Shown here: positions 1-12,267 of the stretch, in pieces
Position numbering within the stretch: position 1 is the first letter of the stretch
How the letters are laid out: each line of letters starts with the position of its first letter
Origin: Macrostomum lignano
Lineage: Eukaryota
DNA: 64,000 nt
Direction: 5' to 3'
Assembly: GCA_002269645.1 (NCBI GenBank)
Contig: NIVC01000993.1
Coordinates: forward strand, 1-64,000
Notes under the pieces: model-generated
What the model was told of the DNA's origin: nothing
The model's input: the letters and a program-made list of their open reading frames with translations, nothing else
Databases searched by the model: none
Position numbers and translations under genes: made by a program

Positions 1-1369
1 CTACCATTTACTGTGGTATGCAATCAGTATAGTCAGAGTATGACAAATGGTTGCATCACTGCCACATTGCTAGGGAGGCAATTCATGGAAGCAGCTTTAC
101 TAGCAATAGCTGCAAAGTACTGCAGAATGTTAATGTTCTAGCATCAATGTGCCCATTGTAGTGCTTGCCATATATTGCCACACTGCACTGCTTCAGGCTT
201 GTTATGTCTGGCTGATTTAGCAATGAACTGGCCTTAATTTCTAGCAGAACATTGCAAATTTTAAGGGGCATTTATGGACCTTGGGATTTTAGTGACCCCA
301 ATTAATTAATGACTGGAGCCTATTTAGCAATTCAGTAAAAAACTATACAATATATTTTAATAGGCCATTGAATTCAAATTAAGAATTTTTGTATAAGGAC
401 TCAGGGAGGACAATATAATATTAACAAGCTTCTTATTAAATAAAAAATAATTGGCTATTTTTAGCTTTGCTTTTATTTTTCTATCCAGGCCAATATTTTT
501 TCTATATTAAAATATTGCTATAGCTATACCACTTGAAAAATAGATATATTTATTATAGATAGGCCTATTTTAAAAATAATACCATAATAGATTAAAAAGG
601 TCTCAAAATGTATTTCTATAGAGATTTTTGAAAAAATGGCCACCTTAGATTTTTACTATCAATGTCATTAATTAATAGATCATATTTTTTCTAGAAGGAA
701 TACTACAAGAATAAAAAAATCTATTAAGTAATTGCTGAGAAACAAACTATTTTTCTATTTTTTCATGCTGTTTTATACATCTTTATTCTTTTCCTTAGAT
801 AGGCCTATATGCTATTTGTCATCTTTGCATTAACACTATATAGCATACTTTTATAAAATGCTAGACAATATAAGGCAAGAAGCAGAGTTTATCATAATTT
901 GCATAAATGAAGCATTCAATATTTCAATAAGATGACCATTGGGCATTGGCTAATGACATCAGTTTAAAAATATAATTTTATACTAGGGCCTATCATCATA
1001 AAATTGGCAACCTATGCAGTAGATGCTCTAGCTAGTTTACTAAAAATTTACTAAGAGTTTCAGATATATAAAAAATTACTGGCTAGAGATAGTAGTTTAT
1101 GGAGAAGTCTATCTTTCGTGCCAATGCCAATATTTAATTGTATTTTTGTACCAATAATAGGTAGGCCTAATATTTATAGTGTATGCCTAGCTAGGGCGAT
1201 GGGCCTAGCTAGGGGGCCTGCCTACCCTACTGTTTGTGCCAACTCAGCCCCAATGCCAATGGCCCAACATTCAATGTTTTAAAGAAATCCTAGGCCTTAC
1301 TTAAGTCGTTCTAGACAGAATGACAGTGACACCGTGACTTTGTTTTATATCCTACTCAATACAAGATGA

Positions 1370-1531
1370 CAGTAGCGCAACCAGGGGGGGGGGGGGGGTC
1401 GCCCCCCTTTAGGTGGAGACCAGAAAAAATCTAAGGAGACCAAGCGAATTTTCATCAAAAACAGAGCCCCCCTCCCAGGTCTTTACCCTCCAGAATCCAA
1501 CACCCTCAAAAAAATTCTGGTTGCGCTACTG
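1370..1531. mobile_element. Short non-autonomous DNA element (MITE) with perfect 15-bp terminal inverted repeats
   Basis: CAGTAGCGCAACCAG at 1370-1384 and its exact reverse complement CTGGTTGCGCTACTG at 1517-1531; 162 bp, non-coding, with G-run/C-run interior. No target-site duplication is visible. Confidence 0.7.
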
Positions 1532-2804
1532 TAAATCGACAATAGGCCTGATTTCATTTGAGCGATTTGCAACTTCGCAGCTCATACTTTTGAAGTTTGA
1601 AATTTTAAATATTTGGTCGATAATAATAGGACTAAGATAGGCCTAGGTCAATCTCTGCTCCAAGCCGTGCAGAAAGGAATATGGGATGGACGTCGTTATA
1701 GAGAAAAGTCTACAATTTTTATAATAGTATAAAAAAATTAGAGTTGAATAAATGAATTAAGTGAATTCCTCTAATTAATTTTACGACTTTCAAATAGGGG
1801 AGCAAGGGAGCAAGCTTGCGGCATTGATATTATAATAGTTAAACAAAAATATTTTATAGTAAACTCAAAAGCTTTTCTAAAGACAAACAGACAGGAACAC
1901 ATAAATTTTGTTTATATAATTAAAAATTTGCTGACATGACATACCAATGGAAGTAGAATAATTCGCGAAAATTATTTTAAACTGCGACAGTTTTGTTGCA
2001 AAGCGCGCAATTTTCTACAAGGAACTAAACTTACTGTATTACTGCTAGTTTTTTGTCGCATTTAGGAAGTATAGTTTTAAGTTCGTTAGTATAAAATTTA
2101 TCCAATCGAATTCTTTTTATGTTCTTGGCGTATTTTTTGTTACTTTGTTCGAAATACTATACAAAAAGACTGTCTTCTTTTTGAAAAGTATCAATACAAA
2201 TGCGCTGATCTTTATGTAATTTATCCATGTATTTGCTTTTTCTTTACTGGAAAAAATGAAAAAATGTCTATTTATCTCTTCAAAGAAAAACTGATAAGAA
2301 CTGCTGAAAATAAAATACTTTGGTTTAACAAGTTGTTTAACATTAGCACCCGATCTAGATTTAAAAGTATTTCTACTTGTGGTTCCTGGATGATACATGT
2401 CTACTTTTCCAATGTTTTTATTTTCGTAGTGAATCCTGATAAATTTTATTTGATAAACCCGGACTTGTCCAAACAGATTATATGACATGCATGTCTATTC
2501 ACTTTTCACGCTTTTAACTTCAAAATTGACAAGTTGAAATTTTAATAGAATGCTTAGATTCAGCAGAATAGATCAGCATTTATATCGTTCATTCTGACTT
2601 ATGGATGTGGGCCCAGTGAGAGCAAAATACTTTAGGTAAATTTTGCCTTAGTTAGTTAGTTAGTTAGTTAGTTTACTCCCTTTAGTTTAAATAGGCTTTT
2701 AGGTGTATTATACCAAAAAATGGCTGCAACTAGCACACATTTTAACAGTAAGCAGCTTTTACGAATATTTGCTTAGATTTTGATTTCATTCTTTCCAGTT
2801 TAAA

Positions 2805-4010
2805 ATGGATCTTAAAAAAATTAAAGAAAGATTTTCTGAACTGAAAGTCAAAGACCATTTGAAGCAACTGATTTTTGAGTCCGAATCGCCCTCAAAGTTT
2901 GTTAATGAAGCGAACCAACTGAAAATGGAAAAGCGATGGGCTGAAGCTGGCGACACGTTCATCAAAGCAGCTAAGGGCTTTCTTGGTCAGGCTAAATGCG
3001 AGTTCGATGCTTCCGACTGTCTGAGCAAAGCTGCCACCAGCTATCTGCTGCAGCAAGACCTTCGCTGTGCCATTCTCAGTCTGCAGGCGGCTGCGCGGCT
3101 GTACGCTGAGCTCGGCCAGTTCAGCATAGCGGCCGGACAGCACGAGAGAATTGCTGAGCTGGCTGAGAAACTCGAAGAGCTCAGAGTTCGTCAAGGCGGC
3201 GGCAACAGGGACCTGATGGACTGGGAGTCTGTGGAGGGCCAAGTCTCTGACGAACGAGCCAGCGAGATAAAAAACTTATGAAACTTTACCGAGAGAAACG
3301 TCCTCCTGAAAATAGATTTTATAAGGAAATTGGAAATCGTATGATAAAATTCTTCAAATTGGACAACAGTTCAAAGACAGGAGGCAGCGATCTGCAGAAT
3401 GACGATCTGCAGAATGACGATCTGCAAGCCAAGACGCTGCATTTCAAGACGCCCAACAACTATCAGGCCACCCCCGCACTGAAGAATTGCAGCCTGAAAT
3501 GACAGGTGCGACTTCCGAAGCCACAGCTGTGACTGGGCAACAGCAACCGGTGCCCGGCACTACCACACCGCTTCAACTGGCCCTGAATCACCTGGAGAAG
3601 GCGGCCGACTTCTTCGAGTCGAGCAGAGCCCGGCCAGCGCCGCCGCCTGTAGCGACAAGCGAGCCCGCATCGAGGCGGACGGCGGACAACTCGACCGAGC
3701 CGCTGACGGCTTCCTCAAACTGGCCGACTGGGCGGCGAGCGACTCAATGCTGAGCAGCTGCGTCACAGACTATGCGTTCAAAGCCTGCCTGTGCGAGCTG
3801 GCAGCCGCTAGCCGATCCGACAGGCTTCAGTCTGGACTGCGGCACCTCGGCCGGAGCGACGAGGCCGACCTCGTCAAGGCTTTGGCTGGAGCTACGAGCG
3901 TTGCCGCCTTCGACGAAGCGCTGATCGCCTTCCAGAGATTCAACAACGTCGACGACTGGTGCGAGAGACGCCTGAAGGAGGTCAAAGGTCGCCTACCCCC
4001 TTCGACTTGA
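2805..4010 (+). pseudogene. alpha-SNAP (NSF attachment protein)-like paralog 1, frameshifted (pseudogene or sequencing errors)
   Basis: ANQLKMEKRWAEAGDTFIKAA...YAELGQFSIAAGQHERIAE and LALNHLEKAADFFE...DYAFKACLC...VDDW match alpha-SNAP helical repeats as I recall them (ANMFKMAKNWSAAG, YTDMGRFTIAAKHH, DYFFKAALC, LDQW). The frame steps -1 three times across ORFs 2805, 3278, 3487 and 3747. At 3620 there is a 1-nt deletion relative to paralog 2 (GAGTCGAG vs GAGTCCGAG). Confidence 0.75.
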
Positions 4011-4403
4011 AATCTTGAAATCTTGTGTAGTGCAAACTGTAGTGTGCTGTCGGCAGGTGTTCTGGGGTTTATACTCTATTATAACTTTCTACCTATGTTC
4101 ACTTTTTCTGTGATTTAATCGCATTCTTATTTTCTCTTCTCGACTCCCGTTTCGTACTATTTTTCACAGATCATTAATTGTTACGGATTTGTAAAACCAA
4201 ACGGTGAATTTTGCAGGCAAAACATGTGCCCTTAAAAGGGCCGTTTTAGCGTATTTCAAAAACGCAGATTTTTTTGCTGCTAAGTGACCTGCTCTGTGGT
4301 AAGTTATTCATCGTTGATTAAGATGTCCTAGTAACTTTGAAAAATATTTTGAACTACAATGGTCAAGTAGCATCTTTTACAGCTGTGCATTTTTCTTTTA
4401 ATT

Positions 4404-5400
4404 GCTAGATTAGCAATCCAGCAACAGGCCTTCATAACCAACAGCTAGATTAGCAATCCAGCAACAGGCCTTCATAACCAACAGCTAGATTAGCAATCCT
4501 ACAACAGGCCTCCAAAACCAACAGCTAGATTAGCAATCCAACAACAGGCCTTCATAACCAACAGCTAGATTAGCAATCCAGAAACAGGCCTCCATAACCA
4601 ACAGCTAGATTAGCAATCCAGAAACAGGCCTCCATAACCAACAGCTAGATTAGCGATCCAACAACAGGCCTCCATAACCAACAGCTAGATTAGCAATCCA
4701 GCAACAGGCCTCCATAACCAACAGCTAGATTATCAATCCAACAACAGGCCTCCATAACCAACAGCTAGATTAGCAATCCAACAACAGGCCTCCATAATCA
4801 ACAGCTAGATTAGCAATCCAACAACAGGCCTCCATAACCAACAGCTAGATTAGCGATCCAACAACAGGCCTCCATAATCAACAGCTAGATTAGCAATCCA
4901 ACAACAGGCCTCCATAACCAACAGCTAGATTAGCAATCCAACAACAGGCCTCCATAACCAACAGCTAGATTAGCAATCCAACAACAGGCGTCCATAACCA
5001 ACAGCTAGATTAACAATCCAGCAACAGGCCTCCATAACCAACAGCTAGATTATCAATCCAACAACAGGCCTCCATAACCAACAGCTAGATTATCAATCCA
5101 GCAACAGGCCTTCATAACCAACAGCTAGATTAGCAATCCAGCAACAGGCCTTCATAACCAACAGCTAGATTAGCAATCCTACAACAGGCCTCCAAAACCA
5201 ACAGCTAGATTAGCAATCCAACAACAGGCCTCCATAACCAACAGCTAGATTAGCAATCCAACAACAGGCCTCCATAACCAACAGCTAGATTAGCAATCCA
5301 GCAACAGGCGTCCATAACCAACAGCTAGATTAACAATCCAACAACAGGCCTCCATAACCAACAGCTAGATTAGCAATCCAACAACAGGCCTCCAAAACCA
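4404..5400. repeat. 40-bp minisatellite, about 25 copies
   Basis: Unit ACAGCTAGATTAGCAATCCAACAACAGGCCTCCATAACCA in head-to-tail copies; ends 9 nt before the ATG of SNAP paralog 2. Confidence 0.97.
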
Positions 5401-5409
5401 CAGCCCCAC

Positions 5410-6348
5410 ATGTTCCTGTCTCGCAGGAGCCGCTGTCGCCAGCTGGTCCAAGAGGCCAATCGGCTGAAAGTGCAGAAGCGCTACCTGGATGCGGGGCACA
5501 AGTACTTCAGAGCCGCTCGGCTGTCAATGAAAAAGACAAGGAAGAAACAGAGAAGCTTCGATGCCGCCCATCACCTTACCGACGCAGCAAATTGCTACGC
5601 AAAACGCCAACCAGCATGCGCAGTGCTTTGCCTGCAATCGTCCGCGGCAATTTACGCCGAGCTCGGCCAATTCAGCCTTGCTGCCGGACAGCACGAGAAA
5701 ATTGCTGAGCTGGCCGAGAAACTGCCGTCGAACTGCCGATCGGCAGAGTTAGAAGTGGACGAACAACTCTGTGGTAAGTTGATGCAACTGAAAAGTGCGG
5801 CTCTCTCTGGCAAGCCAATTCCTTCTGGCAATTGGAAGCTGATGTGTCTTGGAAAACAGCACCAAGAAGCTGGCAAGCTTTTGTTAAATCCTCGCGATCT
5901 GGCCCTGAATCACCTGGAGAAGGCGGCCGACTTCTTCGAGTCCGAGCAGAGCCCGGCCAGCGCCGCCGCCTGTCGCGACAAGCGAGCCCGCATCGAGGCG
6001 GACGGCGGACAACTCGACCGAGCCGCTGACGGCTTCCTCAAACTGGCCGACTGGGCGGCGAGCGACTCAATGCTGAGCAGCTGCGTCACAGACTATGCGT
6101 TCAAAGCCTGCCTGTGCGAGCTGGCAGCTGCTAGCCGATCCGACAGGCTTCAGTCTGGACTGCGGCACCTCGGCCGGAGCGACGAGGCCGACCTCGTCAA
6201 GGCTTTGGCTGGAGCTACGAGCGTTGCCGCCTTCGACGAAGCGCTGATCGCCTTCCAGAGATTCAACAACGTCGACGACTGGTGCGAGAGACGCCTGAAG
6301 GAGGTCAAATTGCGGATTGGGCATTCAAAGAAGCATTCCTTGGTGTGA
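5410..6348 (+). CDS. alpha-SNAP-like paralog 2, intact and intronless, 312 aa
   Basis: Single ORF with FDAAHHLTDAANCYAK, YAELGQFSLAAGQHEKIAE, LALNHLEKAADFFESEQS, DYAFKACLC, VDDW. Has a roughly 45-50 aa insertion after AEKL relative to canonical alpha-SNAP. Confidence 0.8.
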   Translation: MFLSRRSRCRQLVQEANRLKVQKRYLDAGHKYFRAARLSMKKTRKKQRSFDAAHHLTDAANCYAKRQPACAVLCLQSSAAIYAELGQFSLAAGQHEKIAELAEKLPSNCRSAELEVDEQLCGKLMQLKSAALSGKPIPSGNWKLMCLGKQHQEAGKLLLNPRDLALNHLEKAADFFESEQSPASAAACRDKRARIEADGGQLDRAADGFLKLADWAASDSMLSSCVTDYAFKACLCELAAASRSDRLQSGLRHLGRSDEADLVKALAGATSVAAFDEALIAFQRFNNVDDWCERRLKEVKLRIGHSKKHSLV

Positions 6349-7568
6349 TTTGATGATGCGTTGCTGGGCAGCTTCTTTCTTCTTGTTATTTTTTTATTGC
6401 CAGTTTAAGAAGAAAACTTTGAAGCACACATTGTCTACTCATTATTATGAGTATGTAGTAGTATAGAGATCAGCTATAAAACTAAAACTTCTCGCTAAAA
6501 CTGACTCAATAGCTAGGGGATGATTTTTACGGGGAAGAGTTGAGTCTTCTTCATAAGGAAATTTATGGTCTAGTTTACGTTACTGGCTGTACGTTCTACT
6601 CGTACTTGGCTGACGGGCTGTAGTAATCTTATCAGTCGAATATTAATAAATAAACTTAAATGTGTTGGCTCCTATTTTGAATCATATCATTGTAACAGTT
6701 TCATTAAAATATAATTGAAATCAATGCTACTTTCCCGTGTTTTTCCTGTTTCGTGTTTTCAGCATTCAAATCTGCTGTGTAAAATGCCTTATTGACTTTA
6801 ATAGCTTGTACTGCAGCTTTTGTGCTTATTTAATTGGTGCTCTGACCTTTAAAGCGAGGTCAATAAAAACGAGGTCATCTGTATTTATACAGCACCGATG
6901 CTCATGGCTCCTGTTTGACGAGGATCGAATATCTTTATGAATTTTTCTAGTTATGAAAAGTCTAACAATATGAGCTGGCTTGCAGTGTTTCAGCTCTGTA
7001 CTCGTATTCACGTGTGCACAGCATTAATGCCGCTGTTATCTTAGATATGGCGACTCTCATATTCCATCTTCTACTTGCCACCCCTCTGCAAATTTCATCT
7101 CTCTCTCTCCGCTCTACCCCTCGCCGACCTCACCCCACTGTTGCTAGGGCTACGCAAGCAATCTTCTTCTCTTTTCTCTCTCTCTCCTCTCCTCCGCTCA
7201 GCTCTTTAACTCTGACTCTGTCGCTTTGCGCTGGAAACAACATTTTTATTTTCATTCCTAACTGCAACGACAACCCCCAGCCGCCAGCACACCACCCCAC
7301 CCTCCCCGCCTGTGCTCAGTGCGTTTTTGCTGGCTAAAGAGACGCAGCGGAGACAGGTTCAAGAGAGTTTTTCAACCCAACACATGCCGCTGTCTGCCAG
7401 ACCCCCCGCCGCCGCTCACAGTTGGGGGCCCGGGCAATCATTTAACTGTTGAACTGGCCGCACTCTCGGGCACTTGAAATAAGCAGTCTCAGACCCCCAC
7501 GCTGGGCTAATAAATTGGCAGCATGCTTTATTAACAATTTGCCAAAGCACCGCAGCAGCAGTTGAGAA

Positions 7569-10500
7569 ATGCAGCAGCAGCAGCAGCAGCAGCTCAGGCA
7601 CCTCGGCAGGCCCCGGGTGAGCACCAGCCTTCCAATCACCAGTCTGGGCCTCGAGTCGCAGCCGAACCAACCGGCGGGGCAGCTCCCGGTGCCGCTGCCG
7701 CCGACGCCGCCGGCCGCTGCTCGCTACTTCAGCGTCATCGGCGGACCCCGCTCGGAGTTCCGAGCCAGCCTCCTGCAGCAGCAGCAGCGCCAGCAGCGCA
7801 GTCTCCGTCATCAGGCAGGCGGCGGTCGCTACCAGAACGGCACTGCCTACTCCAACCACTATCAGTTGGCAGCGGCGGCTGCTGCTGCAGCGGCCATTGC
7901 GGCCACTTCGGCCAACTCCTCAGCCAACGGCAAGCCGCATCATCACCACCACCAGCGTCGTCGGTCGTCAAAATCGCGATCGCATACAGCTTCCGGCGGG
8001 CGGAAGCATCATCATCATCAGCAGCATCAGCAGCACCAATACCGGCCCAGGTTCCCCGTCAGCTCCATGGCCGTCCAGGACGATGCTGACAGATCGCCGA
8101 GTTCGCCTTCATTGTCGCAGACGATGCCGGCTCAGCAGCAGGCGCAGCCGGAGCTGCCGCACGACGAGACGGAGGCCCGCCTGCTGCTCATCCGGGCGAA
8201 GCTTAATCAGCTCAGCGTCCAGCAGGAGCTGGCCGAGCAGGCCGAGGCGGAGCGGCAGCGTCGTCAACGCCAGCAGCCACGAAATCCAGCAACCTCAAAG
8301 ACGACCGTCCGAGATCGACTCGTCCCGTCTCTGCGGCCGCCGGCGAAGCTGCAGCAGCGGCAGCAACAGCAGCGGCTCGAAGCCGCGCCGCCACAGTCTG
8401 GAAGTCGCAAAGCTGAGGAGGCGACAAGCGACGTTGACAGCAACGTCGAAGACGACGAAGATAACGATGGCGACGAAGAATGTGACGACGACGATGAGGA
8501 AATCGACGATGGCATCGACGACAACGGTGACGACGATGGCAGCCTGTTGAATGGTCTGGAGGACGACCTTGAAGAGGACGACAACTCAACAATGAGCACT
8601 GACACTGGCGGAGGCTCCTCGCTGCTGGCCTCCAGGCGACCCAGCGCTGCCGCCGGGGCAGCCGCTGTGGCCGGTCCCCGCCAGCCGGCCGTCATCGCGT
8701 CGCTGTTCCCGAACGTGCCGCCGGTGCTGCGGTTCTCGGCAGAGTCCAACCTGCCGCCCGAGCCGCTGCCCTGGGCGCAGCGGAGGCAGCTGAAATGGCG
8801 GATGAGCTCCATCACGCCCGTGGTTGTCAAGCGGGCCATAGCGAGGAGCGGATTTCGCGTTGCTAAAAGTGAGTGGAGTCGAGTCGAGGACCTTTGGGCA
8901 GCTGAAAGAGAAGGACGCTTACACTAGGAGTTGTTAGAAATTTGGTGTTACAAAAACTAAGAACTGAAGCGGCCTTCTGCTTCAGGTTGTCTATGCGAGG
9001 AGCACTGCGTTTCCTAAGGAAGTAACGGAACTCTTAAAAGTTTGACTGCACTTTTAAAACTCTGGCACTTACTGGGCTGTCTAATAGAGATAGTAGTGGT
9101 ATTATATTAGCCTACACTTCAATAGTCTCCCTAGTTACGAAATAGTTCTAGACCCGGCCTGCTCTTACTCAGGTTCAAGTCTGCATTAACAAAAGCCGGA
9201 GACGCAGGCGACTCAATAGTCAATGTGAAGTGTCTGGCATTGTCAATTCCATCTGCCTGAGAGCGAGAGAGGTATTGGCTAGATGGGGGCAGGGAGCTGG
9301 TTGCTTCTGCACAGGGGGCTTCTGTGAGCGCGCGATGAGAGATGCTTCGCTTAGCTGGCTGCTTGCTTGCTGCGAGCAATCAAAATCCTGTCGTGTTTCC
9401 ATGGGTAAAAACTGATGAACAGCCATTGCCTGGAACTATAGGTTTAGAGACTTGTATTGCCATCTTAGATTTACTCGTTAATCTCGCTTGTTTCCTAGAT
9501 GATTTTGCGTGCTATGAACTTCATGAGTCAAGAGTTAAGAGCTAGGTGTTGACTCAAGGAGTGAGTCAAATTCGTAAGAGTCAAACTCCACCCTTGAATC
9601 CTTGACTAGGAGTCGGGATTAAGGAGTGAAGCGTGCTCCTTCTATAGAACACTGAAAAATATAAACGCCTGAAGGTGAACTCCTAACTCCTAATTCAACG
9701 AGTATAGCACGATACAGACCTTTACGAGTTGAGCTCTCCTAAAGTACACCAGGGAGTCTGCCGCACTCGTTAAGGAAGCTTAGCGCACTGTGGTTCTGTG
9801 TTATTCTACTCGTCAGGCATGTACACTCTCTGTGTGCCTTGGGTGCGAATGGCACGACAAACCCCCAGTCAATTTTCGTGCACAAAGAGAATGCAGGTAA
9901 AACTTGTAAAAATTCCAAGCTTCAAAAACTACTCGAATTCATCCTGTGTTCCGCTGTCCTACTCCAGAGTCGCACGAATGGCTGGGCTACTTTGGCAAGC
10001 ACATGAAACCTGAAGGCTTCAAGGGCGTTCGGGAATACCAGAAGGTAATACAACTTGCTACTTTAATTCACTAAGCCTGACTTTTGTAAGATGGAAAAAC
10101 TGACTTTGTCTATTGCCGCTCAGGTGAACCATTTTCCGGGCAGTTTCACTATTGGCCGAAAAGACCGCCTGTGGCGCTGTTTGCACCGGATGCAGTGCCA
10201 GTACGGTCGTCGTGAGTTCGATTTCTTTCCGTTAACATTCTGCCTGCCGGGCGACCTCAAGCAGCTCCGCAGGGCGTGGGACGACGCAGGCGCCAAGCAG
10301 AAATGGATTGTGAAGCCCCCGGCCAGTGCCAGGGGTATCGGGATCCGAGTCGTCAACAAGTGGAAGCAGGTGCCGAAACGGCGGGCGGTTGTGGTTCAGA
10401 CCTACCTGGCCAGGTGAGCTATTGACGAGGCCGATTGATGAAGATATTGATCGGTACTTGAGCCATACAATCGTCGGTAGTCTGTGGGATGACTAGCCTT

Positions 10501-12267
10501 AGTTGATCTTAGTTGATTAAATACAGTAAGGGAATCATGCTTGGAGTTAACCATTCTAAAACTTACGCAAAGCCAAACGAAACTAGATTGGTGAGTACGA
10601 GTAGCGCTGTGGTGACGGGTCTGACTCTCGCGTGAACGTCCTGGCCTGGCGCTCGTTCGTGCAGTTCACACTAATGAAAACCTACATCTACATCGAGAGT
10701 GTACAGCCTGCCGACTAGTCAGGGCCTCTAGACACTCGGTTTGTCAACTTAACCCCCCCTTGGATGACTCCCAAACTAACCGCTAATCTTCCAACCAGGC
10801 CCTACCTGATCAACGGAAGCAAATTCGACTTGCGCGTTTACGTCTACGTGACCAGCTTTGATCCGCTGCGAGTCTACGTTCACGAGCGCGGCCTGGTCCG
10901 CTTCGCCAGCGTGCCCTACAGCCGGTCAGGCAAGACCATCGGCAACCGCTTCATGCACCTCACCAACTACAGCGTCAATAAGCGCAACATCAACTACAGT
11001 GCCAGCGGCGGCGAGGCCGAAGAAAGCGACGGCGAAGGTCACAAATGGAGCCTGCGAGCGTTGTGGGCCCACCTGAGACAGGCGGGCAAAGATCCCGAGG
11101 CCGTGTGGTCCAGCATCAAGGATCTGGTGGTGAAAACTATCATTGGCGGGGAGTCGCACATCAACTCGCAGGTTAGTGCCGTTTTGTCTGACTGGAATTT
11201 TATGATATTTGTTTCTCCTACCCGATCTCTTCTCGTCTCGTCCACTCCTCCTTTTCTGTATACACCCGAACCTACCCCGAAGCCACCCTGATTCTATCCC
11301 GAAACCACCCCGAACTCACCCCGAATCCACCCCGAATTTACCCCAAACCTACCCGAACCTACCCCAAACCTAACCCAAACCTACCCCAAACCTACCCCAA
11401 ACCTACCCCAAACCTACCCCGAACCTACCCGAACCCACCCTGATCCCACCCCGAACCTATCCCGAACCTACCCTGACTCACCCCAAATTCACCCCGAATC
11501 CACCCTAAATCCACTTTGAGTCCACTTTATCCACACCAAACCCAAAGCCAAGCCTCACTTTCGGCTGCTCAAATCCGCAGGTGAAAGCCTTCTGCCGCCG
11601 TCGCTACTGCGTCCACGAGCTGTTCGGCTTTGACATCCTGCTAGACGATCGCCTGAAGCCCTGGCTGCTCGAAGTGAACATATCGCCATCGTTGCACTCG
11701 AATTCACCGCTAGACATCGAAGTTAAAAGCGCCGTCATTCGCGACTTCATGAACCTGGCCGGCTTCCAGCTCCCCGAGCCGGCCTCGGCGATGTCGACCG
11801 CGCCAGGCTCAGCTTCGGCTTCGGCAATGTCAAAAATGGCAGATTCTACCAGCGAAGCGGCACCGTACGCTGACAGACGCTGCTGGCCGGAGAGGCCGCT
11901 GAACTCGGACGAGCGCGCCAAAAAGCTGTGGTTCAGCCAGCGGCCGGACGACCGCAGCATTCTGGACACGCTGACGCCGGACGACGTTCGAGTTCTGGTA
12001 GAATCGATGGACGAATTCGCGCGGGCTGGCGAGTTCGGCCGGGTGTTCCCAGCCGGCGAGGAGGCCGTCACCAGGCGCTACCTCAGCTTCATGGAGCAGC
12101 CGCGCTACTACAATCTGCTGCTCATGCACCACCTGTCCCGCTATCGCGCCTGCGAATCGCAAGGCATCGACGCTCTGGCGGCGATGTGCCGACGAAAATT
12201 GCACCTGGAGTCGCCCACCGCGGATCCCGCGCACCAGTGGAGCGCGCCGTGTGGGAGACGGCATTAA
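7569..12267 (+). CDS. TTLL4: Tubulin polyglutamylase TTLL4-like, 5 exons, about 908 aa
   Basis: Exons 7569-8868, 9968-10044, 10124-10413, 10799-11171, 11581-12267; all GT-AG with compatible phases (total 2727 nt). Motifs: LKWRMSSITPVVVK, WLGYFGKHMK, NHFPGSFTIGRKDRLW, KWIVKPPASARGIG, KFDLRVYVYVTS, HLTNYSVNK, ELFGFDILLD, WLLEVNISPSLH. The N-terminus is polyQ/polyH/acidic. Further upstream or downstream exons are not excluded. Confidence 0.92.
11262..11510. repeat. C-rich degenerate 10-11-bp repeat in TTLL4 intron 4
   Basis: Reiterated ACCTACCCCAA / ACCTACCCGA / ACCACCCCGAA units. Confidence 0.85.

Noticed and set aside
7416-8839. Many overlapping and antisense ORFs over TTLL4 exon 1 (likewise over ANKFN1 and 48.9-51.8 kb)
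   Set aside because: These are shadow ORFs expected from high-GC coding sequence; they show no domain similarity.
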